Shown in pieces: positions 52,669 through 62,242 of a DNA stretch of 64,000 nt (the first letter of the stretch is position 1; each line of letters opens with the position of its first letter). The notes under the pieces are model-generated. The model saw only the letters and a program-made list of their open reading frames with translations, was not told the origin of the DNA and did not search any database. The translations under genes and the position numbers were made by a program. The DNA is taken from contig NW_019028981.1 in assembly GCF_002105155.1 (NCBI RefSeq), positions 1,116,001 through 1,180,000 on the forward strand. The letters are read 5' to 3'. Source of the stretch: Lobosporangium transversale. Lineage: Eukaryota.

Positions 52669-54014
52669 GTAATCGAAAAGCAATAACTCTCTTTGTCCAG
52701 CGCTACGTTGCAGTTGATCCAATATCCTTTCCCCCGCGCAAAGATGATATGATATATGTCCAGTTTCCTTTCACTGTAATAGCGACGTATTAAAAGATCG
52801 GCACATCAATACAGTACGTCAATAGCATCTATGCATTCAGCCTGTAGTTATGATCGCAGGTTGACTTTGGACAATGCATATGAATTAATTATAGCAACGG
52901 CCATGGTGCCAAAGCCTTATCTTCCACGCATGTGCATTCTTTGTAAATTTCCACATTTTTTAGTGGTGGAGTTGCGTTGCACCATCACTGGAAATAAAAG
53001 ATGTCAACTTAATTATGTATTTGATCTCGTCGTTGGACGATTCTAGCTAATAGACGCGTTTATCACAAATGCAAGAGCATGCTAGATTTTTGTCTCAATG
53101 CAAGGATGAAGTTATTTGCACGGGCCTGTACACACCTTATTTACACTGCTCCCCACGTGCAAATAAAAAAAACTATTTGTACGATGTTTTTATGGACATA
53201 TCGATATTCTTGGTGCTATAGATAAAGTCACTCATTTCAAACCCAATTGGCCTCGCTCCATCCGGAGCCGCTAGCAGGGGCCGAAGCGCAACTTATTCAA
53301 GCGGATTTTACGCTACCTGACGAATGCTAATAGTAGTTCTGTGATGAGTACAGCAGGGCATAGTATGTGACCAATCTAGACAACTATTTCTGAATTAGTG
53401 TTGCAAAAACTTGATAAAACCAGTGGAACGCAGCATAGACAAACTCAAAGTCCATTGAGTCTTCAGAAAATATGTATTTCTCAATTTGAAACCAGTCGTG
53501 GTAAATATGCGCAAGTTACATAGCAAGAAAAAAAGATTTCCTGTAGGGAAGCTCGGCTGGGTCGCGAAAAATAACAATTATCGGATATTCTGAACTCATT
53601 TTCTCAAGAGGCAGTGTATAAAGTATTGAAAATAGAGTCCATATCGTTAGTAATAGCCTAGGCGAGTGATCCCTGCTTTAAGCTCTGCTTCTCAAGGCTC
53701 TAGCACAATAATCCATACAGCCATCAAATGACATGGTTTTGCTATTTCTATGGTTATAGTAATGTATACAGGTACTGCTCCATGGATCCTGCATAGATTC
53801 TTTTAAGAGTTACTATAAATAGAAGATGACAAGTTCCATTTGTCGTTCATTCTACAGGAGCCATTCATGCTTAAAGTCAAGTTTGTCACAATATTTGGCA
53901 CAGTCTTGATTAACACTGAACGGACTGTTATATCTCATCTCCTCTTCTGCACATTGGATATAGCAACATGTAATAAGCATTTGGTGCTCGAAGGAAGAAC
54001 AACAGTTTACAATG

Positions 54015-54343
54015 TGCGATCCTAATACTTCCTGTCTATTGACGTTTTTATTGAGAGAAAGCCCACCAATTAAAGGCGGATTTTGTTTGAAAGACTGAAT
54101 AATAACCCCCCGCAAATAACTTCATTGTTTGGCAGCCCAGTTGCCACCCAAGTGTGAAGTTAAGTGGCTGTTCCAAAAAATAGGCTGCCAAATAATGGCA
54201 AAATTACCACATGTATTAAGTATGGGCTGCCAATAATATTTGGCACCTGGGTTGCAAAAACAAAAAAATCGTAGCAAAGGGTGGTTTCGATCCACCGACC
54301 TCTGGGTTATGAGCCCAGCGCTCTTCCTCTGGGCGACTTTGCT
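54015..54343 (+). repeat. 329-bp unit (tRNA-iMet plus 257-bp 3' trailer), copy 2
   Basis: Identical by eye to 33263-33591. Confidence 0.9.
54272..54343 (-). tRNA. Initiator tRNA-Met (CAT), copy 2
   Basis: Same 72-nt sequence as 33520-33591, with T7 terminator. Confidence 0.95.
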
Positions 54344-54351
54344 GTCTGTTA

Positions 54352-54726
54352 TGTCCTAAATCGAGGCAACTTAAGCTCACGTCCTATAACAAGTGACGTC
54401 ATGGTAGGTAGGACCAGAGGTATACCTATAGTGGTCACCCCGTCCTGCCTGGACGTGAGCTCAGCCACCCGATCCTCCCCGCTATAATAAATAGTGGACT
54501 CTCCGTCCCTGAAGTGTTCCTTACCTTTATCTTGGTACAACACTTCAGGTATGCAACCTCATTGATCTCAGCACTAGTTACTTGTATAGTATTATATGTA
54601 TCATAAACTAATAAAGACCTTTATCTTGGTACAACACTTCAGTGTGTTCTATGTATTTGCGTCTCGTTGCGGTTTTTAAGGGCATCTCAGTATAACCCCC
54701 CGGTTCTTAAGACAGTGATTTTTTCA
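54352..54726 (+). mobile_element. Solo LTR-like element (375 bp), copy 2, TSD GTTA
   Basis: Begins TGTCCTAA and ends TTAAGACAGTGATTTTTTCA; TATA-like TATAATAAATA at ~54483 and AATAAA at ~54610; GTTA at 54348-54351 and 54727-54730; 8 nt from the tRNA 5' end. Confidence 0.85.
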
Positions 54727-54863
54727 GTTATTTATGTTTGATTACCTTAAATACAACACCTTTATCCATAATAGCACTTATATAAGTGCTTCCATAAATG
54801 CAAGACGAGTGGACGAATTTAAAAAAAAAAAAAAATCAAGACGGACGAGCTCTTGGCTTAGCC

Positions 54864-54941
54864 GCCTAATGGCTGAGTAGTATACTCCTCAGGGCACCCC
54901 CTGTCTAGGCCAAGGGCCGGGTTTGAGTCCTGGTTAAGGCA
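54864..54941 (+). ncRNA. Degenerate tRNA-like sequence (possibly Asp-derived), likely a SINE head
   Basis: A-box-like TGGCTGAGTAG, T-arm CCGGG-TTTGAGT-CCTGG (B-box GGTTtGAGTCC), acceptor-like GCCTAA/TTAAGGC-A. Loop CTGTCTA has a broken stem. Confidence 0.5.
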
Positions 54942-55542
54942 CATAAAGTGAAGCAAACATGTGCCAGGTCAGGGATTTGCTTGAGTTTTTACACTTTCTC
55001 TCCGAGACAGCCTAGTGTTCTCCGCTAAGGCTAAGATCGTGGGTGCACTACCCTAAGTCGCCTGGCTGGCCACACGTCTTAGCTATATATTCCACCCCCC
55101 GGCCGAACCAGCGGTACATCTGGCAGCACATCCCCATCTATCCACTTGACTAGGACAGCGATGATCACAAAGTTTGAAGGAGTCCAAAGTAGAAATTTCA
55201 GACCAATCCCGCAAGATTTGGGTCCACATGCCAGTGGATTTGATCGAATAGAAAAAAATTAAAAGTCGTCCTTAGCTAGAGTCGGCACGCCAGCCTCCGC
55301 GGCTTTTCACGGGCGCAACAGGCCACATCGGAAGGATGGACTTCGAGTACCGATCACGGTGTACTTGGCAGAGAAAAACATGGATACGAATTGGCTCTTC
55401 ACAGCCATACCGTGCGAACTTTGAGAGTTTCGCTTGTTTCATAGTTGAGGGCGATATCATTACTTTAGAGCGAGATTATGAAATAAAATTCCTCACCTCT
55501 GTGGGTTCTTGTTAACACGAAAAAAAAAAAAAAAAAAAAAAA
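54865..55542 (+). mobile_element. Candidate tRNA-derived SINE with poly(A) tail and 20-bp TSD
   Basis: tRNA-like head, A23 tail at 55520-55542, flanking direct repeats ACGAGCTCTTGGCTTAGCCG (54845-54864) and ACGAGTCCTTGGCTTAGCCG (55542-55561), 18/20 identical. Confidence 0.55.
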
Positions 55543-58500
55543 CGAGTCCTTGGCTTAGCCGTAAAGCTTCCAGATTAACAACTGAAGGCTATTGATTGAA
55601 TTCCTGGCGGGGAGCAAGTTCACTACACTAAAATTGAGGCAATATCTCGAGGAAGTCGAGCGATAGGGCCTGCTCCATGGTCTAGAGGTGATGACCCTCT
55701 CGGAATGCCGCACGGAACGACCCTGAAAGAACGGCCGAACGCTAGACGAAGCAGACATTGATCCTCACCATCTACGCTAGTTTTATAGTTCACACACACA
55801 CGATGTTGTCCCTGCTCAGAAATGCGCGATGGAGAAAGACCCTTAGTGGCTAAAAATGTCAGAGGCATCTAGAATAAAAAAAATCTATATATGCATGATA
55901 TCCTGGATAAGGGCTTTCCAAGGAAACATGGCTAGACTTATGGTGACTGTAAAGCGACCCTCTCCGGAGGACGGGTCATCAAGTATATTCATTCTGAACT
56001 AGATAATTTTTCAGTTTTATAGTACTGTTCATTTAGAGACAAATTGTTTAAAAAAAACCATATGCATGCATGACATCTTCTTTTAATGCAGATTACATGA
56101 CCCTATGATATTGTTTTTTGCTGTTGTGGATTTTAAAGAAATGGCTAAACACCATGGCCTCAATAGAGCTAACGTCTAAATAAATCCTACATGACTTTGT
56201 GGGTTCTCGTTATCAAAAAATAAAAAAATAAAAAAAATAACATTATGGTCTCAAACCAGTCGTCGTCGGCTTCAGAGGCCTAGATTATGCCTTTGTTTAA
56301 TCAGTAATACGATACGGAAAGTAAGCTCAAAAGATAGTGCATATCATCAGTTGTTTGTAGAACACTTTATCCCTTCGTCCGTAAGAAGGACAAATTTCCC
56401 ATTACAAATGGGCTTGAAATCCAGCAATCCATGGGCATTGCCTCGGAATTTTATTTCGACGTCGAAATAAATGACCGAAAACTAAACTGTCATGGAGCTA
56501 TCCAGGCTTCTTTATTTGTGCAAATAAAAAAACTCATGAAGACTTTCGTATGACCCTAGCATCCGCTTGAGGGCCCATTGTATCGTTTATTTATTGATTG
56601 GTATAATATAGCAGTGATAATATTCGCCGCCGTAGTATTGACTTGAAAGGAGGGCAATCTGAGTTGATTCATCCTACCGCACCATGGAGCTTGACTAACT
56701 TGATCTTTTCCTGTACAACTGCGAGACTTGATTTGTCACATCATTTGCTCCCTCGTCTTCTTGCGTTCCCTTGATATACCTGGGTTGGTAAACACTGCTA
56801 ATAGAGTTTGGGTCTGTTGAAACTAGAGGGAACCACACCAACGTATCATATCCAAGGTGATACATATATCTATGTTGGAGTGAATGGTGAAATGCCTGTG
56901 TGATTCAGATGTAATGAACATTTACGGCGAGAGGATGTGAGCGATTATGAGAGCAAGAAATAAAAAGTTTGTATCCCTTTTTAAGTCCTTGGCAACAGAG
57001 CATGGGTAGCAGCTGTGATCACAAGTTGATTTTGGTGAGTCCGCATAACGATGGTCAAGGCTCTATCTTCCATGCACGGCATGTGCATTATTATTGTTTC
57101 CAGACCTAGGCACCAACCATGGGAGGTATTTTTTTTTCTGGGAGTTCTTTGTGTTAAACAGCCAGACAGAAAGCTTAAAAGACATACAAGCACATCAACG
57201 GTGGAAAAAAATGTATATGAGCAAACAGTTGCTGTGCTTCTTTGTTGTCTGCACATACCTTCTTGCATCACGAGGGGGTTTTTTTTTGCAAATCTTGTTT
57301 CCTTTTTTGTTCATCAATCACTCTCAGTTGTGTGTACGAACATGCACCAGGCTATTGAATAAACAGCTGAGGCGTCTCTTTGGTTCCTATACATGTAGAA
57401 ACACATTTTGCATCGCGGCGTTTTTTTTTTTTTTTTTGTTTTCTAGGCAATTCCAAAATACAAGCGTTTTCCAATGGAGCCTCTAGAAGAAATATTTAAA
57501 CTTTATTTTGGCGGCCACTCCACAATCATAACAATCCCTAGGAAAGAAACTCAAACGCGTCGGTATAATCTCGCTTCTATTATTGTAATTTCGTATATCT
57601 TGTTGATATCTGTAATTCTATATGCATATATTTTGGCGATTGGTATCAACTATCAAATTCACACATACATACACACCAAACGACCGCCAAAAACCACCAC
57701 TCTCGCTTCTGCTCTCCCTTCATCCACAAGACGCTGTACAATATCACCATTAACAAGGCACCATCCAGTGAGAGAGGGTAGTTAGATAGCTTTTACTCCA
57801 AGCAATAAGCGCATGCAACTACATCACTCCTATCTCCGCCATTGATGCCGGAACCTGAGAGCCAACGATTATCTCTGCTTTAACGCAAAAGTACTGGAGC
57901 TGTTGGAGCAAAGAGCGACATCTGAACCCATTCTCTGATAAAAAAGAAGAAAGAAGAAAAAAAAGATTTTTTTTCTTTTGTTGTTACCTTTGACAAGGAT
58001 GTAATCACCTGTTTCAAAACTAGTTCATACACACCGAGTCAAATCTGTCAACGTATTTACTACCCCTGTTCAAAATTATAAAATTTTTTTTATTCATTAA
58101 ATTCCTCACAAAGCAAGGGCCAATGCAAAAAGAAACTGAAAAAAAATTGTATAGCAAAGGATCGACATCAACACTGTATGCTTTATACGGAAATGCTCAC
58201 TTTGGTATCTCAATGCTATCGTTTCCAATCTGCCGTTCATATGAGAGCTTGTATTTATTTGTCGATCTCTACTATTGACTTGGACAAAACCCCAATCCAA
58301 ACAAAAGGAACTGAATAAAGATTGATGTGGCCTGTGAAGCAAAGGATCGATACCAAAACTATATGAGATAATGTTAATATTCATCATCAATTTAGGATAT
58401 AAAAAGAGATCATTGTCTTCCTCCTCTCCCGCTCGTTCACTCCAAAGTCTCATCCCTTTTACCACTGCCACTTGTTCCTGTATCTTTTCACCAATCTTCT

Positions 58501-58657
58501 CTGCCTGAACGTTTTATTCTTTATCTATTCACTTTGGATCTTTAAACCATAAAAAACTCATCCATTTATACCTTTGTCGCTCTTTTTATTCTTTTTCATT
58601 TCTTTTCATCACCACCATTTTCCCCTTTTTTCTTTCTCTTTCGCTTAGATATCGACC

Positions 58658-59677
58658 ATGGGACTGAGGTCCTTCTTCAAACTGGTTGCGGATCGTAGGG
58701 TTTTACCTTCGGAAACTGACGTGGGCACTTTCTTGGCGGCAAATCCTGACCATTCTGTTCATGTAGATCTCCTCGGTATGTTCTATTACGACATCCACCG
58801 TAGAGTCGTCCATACAAAGATGAAAAACAAATCCGCCATTGATGTAGGAAGGTCCCTGGCTCTCGAGATAAAGGGTCTTTTCAAAACAGAAAATCTGACT
58901 ATCACATTGATTGGTGACCTTGTACTGAGAAAGAAAAAGCAAGAACAGAACGACAAGCCATAAGATAAAAAAATATGGACGCTTTGGAGAACGATATGAA
59001 CACCTTCGAGAGAAACTCTCGGACCGAAGTTTGAACTCGTCCTCAAGTCATGAGGCGCATCCAGAAGGGCCTTCGAGAAGTCCACACCCTGAGCGTCCAG
59101 GACAAGAATCAGCTGGCAACAGGCCTTGCCTCTGTCTTCGATGTCTGTCTGTGTGCATATGAAGCGAACCCATGCATAGGGTGCCATAATGAGGAGAATG
59201 ATAGGACGGTGATGTCCCAAGACTTTGATTTTTTTTGCATACGAACGAGTCTGCATCCTAGTGCGACCTCTTCCACACCGTAGACGAAAGTTTGAGGTTT
59301 ACGGCGTGAACAGCGTTATTCAAGCACTAAACCTACCATCACACGAACATCTGGTGTTATTCTGTGCCATCGCGGGCAATGATTACTCAAGGAACCCCGA
59401 GACGTTGGGCTCGATTAATAATCTTCGATTAGTTCGAAAGGTTGCGTGGAACAAGAGCTACAATAAAATGCTTCAAGATTATCTTAGGGAAGCTAGTAAG
59501 ATGTTGGGAAGGAACGCAGCCTCTGAAGAAGGCCATTTCAGAGTAGCTCTCCGCGTTTTTACTTCCGGCTATCAAACGTCGGCCCAAGCGTTACCATCGA
59601 ACAATGAGTTCGATAACTTCAAGCAGCGTCTACTCAATGGAAGGGGTCTTCGCCATAGAATGGCTCAGCAAAGGTGA
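58658..59677 (+). pseudogene. FEN1/XPG-like PIN nuclease region (frameshifted) at the 5' end of a Fanzor-like gene
   Basis: MGLRSFFKLV...HVDLLG (XPG-N-like), EKEKARTERQAIR (helical-arch-like, shifted frame), CAYEANPCIG (EAD-like, 59161), VMSQDFDFFAY (DxD, 59221-59229), FCAIAGNDYSRNPETLG (H3TH GNDY, 59375). Confidence 0.7.
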
Positions 59678-59756
59678 ACGCAGCGCCGCAGAACGTAAGA
59701 AAGCTCAAGCTATAGTTTTGGCCTTGAAACCAGACGTCCCCTATACTAATCGTTAG

Positions 59757-61973
59757 TCCCTTTCTTGGATAGTGTAGAGACGCACCATCATTCTATATAG
59801 CGGAAGGGTCACATAGAAACCAGTTCCGGCCCATCTTTTCTGACAAGGCGAGCATATTGAATGGGCGCACAGTTGATATCAGTAACTGCCGTCAGCACGA
59901 TAGGCCGGGCCTTAAGCATCCACCGCGTCGGAAAAAGACAAAAAAGAAGCAACAGAAAAAACAAAAGCGGAAGCACAAAGGCAAGAAGCCCCACAGGGTT
60001 AAAAAAGAAGGTGAACCAATTAGGAACTTGAAGGATGCTACGAAGGTTGATTACAGCTACAGTAGTAAGCACCTTATCAAGGCCTTAACAACTGAGTCCC
60101 TCAAGGCTTCCATGGGCAAGGAAAGGCAGACTGGACGCAGAAGAAAGGGATAATATTGCAAGCCAGATCCGAGGGGCAGTTGTTATCCTCAACCGACTAC
60201 GCCGCTATGCATACTGGGCGATTGCCTTGGACATTGAGAGGATCATGCGGCTACCAGGGGCAGCAAGGTCGAGGAAAAAGGCACTGGACGAGGTCTTGGA
60301 TAGCACTGACTATTCCTTCCGTCCCGCCACCCTTCTTTTAAGTGATCAAGGTGGCCCCAATTCAGCTTACGCGAGGGCAAAAAAACAAGGAAGGGCCGTA
60401 GAAACGCCCCACTATCTCCTCGCTTATGAACATTTCAAGGCCACCACTGAACTTTCTCCAATAAAGGAAATAGACATCACATTGGGGGACGTACAAGGCT
60501 TTGATCCCAAAAAGACCTCGTTTCCAAGAGCGACAGAGCTACTAATGGGCCAAGTACAGCCATCATTAAGGCAGCACTACAGGAACGCAATGGTATAACC
60601 TTGTGTAGGGTATTTTCATGCATATTCTGCAATCAAATGCTCTCTATTCAGACTCTTCTTTTTTTCTAATTTCGATGTCGAGAAAACTAACGAAGACATG
60701 GGCGATATTGAGTTTTTTTTGCGGGAGAACAAAGAAGTGGAAAATGCTTAGGCTTCCCTACGTCTCCCTGGTCACTCAAATATGTGTATCTGTCTGAGCA
60801 CGCCCTAGTTGGCATCCTCTGGGCGAACGAAGATACCAAGCAGCTGCTGGAGCGTATTCTGCCTCTCAACAATCCTTCCAAGACTGCAATGTTTGAATGT
60901 GTACAGGGAACAAAAGGGTTTTTGATACAGGCTCTCTTTTGTGACATTGGAGGTGATGGATATCGAGACAAAGTATCTCTACAGTCACAAGACAAAGAAA
61001 TAACTCAAAGGAGCGATTTCTACTAACGGTCTTGTTCTGAATCTACTTGCCTATGACACAACCCAGACGAAGAGACAGCGGCAGTCTGACGTAGATGAAG
61101 AAGACCCCAGTCAGGAATTGGGGCTTTCCCAAGGATTCCTTGACACGACGTGTTCAAAGGCAGCTGCTGAAGGCCTGACAGATGAAGGCTAAGTAAACAT
61201 AAACTGGAGGAGGAGCTCCAAACTGCTTGAAAACGTTGAGCTCACATTCAACGAACCAGGGCGATGCCCATCCGCAAGCACCACAACTATCGTCGGATGC
61301 GATCCTGGTATTGTTAATGCCCTTACGTTTTCCTCGCTGGACCCCCACAACTCTAATTTGCGGCAAACGGTAAAGGTGAGAAGCAGGTTCTTGTACCTTC
61401 CCGTCCTCCGCTTCAATCACCTACTGAACAAAAGAGGTGTGAAAAAGGAATGATTGAGGTTGCGAGCGCCATCCCTGTATTTGGAAGGGATACGTACAAT
61501 GGGTGCTTCCAAAGGATGAGCGAGGAGTCCCAGACACAGACAGAATCAAAGAAGTTGGATGTGCTTCAAGAGTTCTACGAGTCCAGATGGTACCCTATAA
61601 AGAGACACCTTGTCACACAGGTATGACTTTTTTTAAAAAAATAAGAAAATCTGGAAAGCCATAGAACCCTTGCTGATAAACGACTGTCATTTGAAACGCT
61701 TAGGTCAAAGCACGAGGACACTTCGCTGTAGGGGTGCACGAATTTAACACCAATGCCCGCTGTCCCCGATCCCTCTGTGATAGCTTTTTGGAAGCGCTGT
61801 ACCCTCGCTCTAAATATTGCCGTGCATGTGAGGTATTCTTCAGCCGTGACGCAGTAGGAGCGGAAAACATCGCAAGAATCGGTCTTGCTCAAATTGAGAG
61901 GCAAGAGAGCCCTGCAAAGTACAAACCCCCGGAAGAGTCGCCTGCTCCGGCTGCAAAGCGCGCACGACGCTAG
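59757..61973 (+). pseudogene. Fanzor/TnpB-like RuvC-zinc-finger nuclease region with stops, frameshifts and a deletion; intron 61621-61703
   Basis: ISTNGLVLNLLAY (TDG-like strand, ~61016-61054), RuvC-I TTIVGCDPG (Asp 61301), RuvC-II FAVGVHEFNT (Glu 61740), CPRSLC...CRAC zinc finger, RuvC-III SRDAVGAENI (Asp 61848), C-terminal PAAKRARR. Confidence 0.8.
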
Positions 61974-62242
61974 ACACAAGCATTTGGGTGCCGACAACCC
62001 ACAAAGAATTTGTAAGTTCTGCATATTTCCGTCTCTGTATCCTTCTACCTAATCTTTTGCCTCTGAATTCCTGGACTAACTTTAAAAACCTTACAGATCA
62101 ACAGATAGAACTGATTGGTCTTCGTTTTAATAGTGCTGTTCGATTAGGGATAATTTGTAGTTATAACACTGCATCTTTCTAATAAGAAACAAATTTTATT
62201 GATTTCCTCTGCTATTTTTACTTTCTATATCAGCAAGATGTT

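Noticed and set aside
33263..54726. A single 21-kb composite transposon bounded by the two tRNA/LTR units
   Set aside because: Each LTR has its own TSD and the interior is ordinary housekeeping genes, so these are independent insertions.
54864..54941. Functional tRNA-Asp gene
   Set aside because: Anticodon stem does not pair, the T-loop has TTT instead of TTC, the acceptor stem is one base short, and no adjacent terminator is present.
58658..59677. Host FEN1/RAD27, EXO1 or XPG gene
   Set aside because: Highly divergent, frameshifted and collinear with a RuvC-ZnF region; not a housekeeping ortholog.
61974..62190. Terminal inverted repeats or TSD delimiting the Fanzor-bearing element
   Set aside because: No match between this region and 56-58.6 kb could be found by eye; ends remain undefined.
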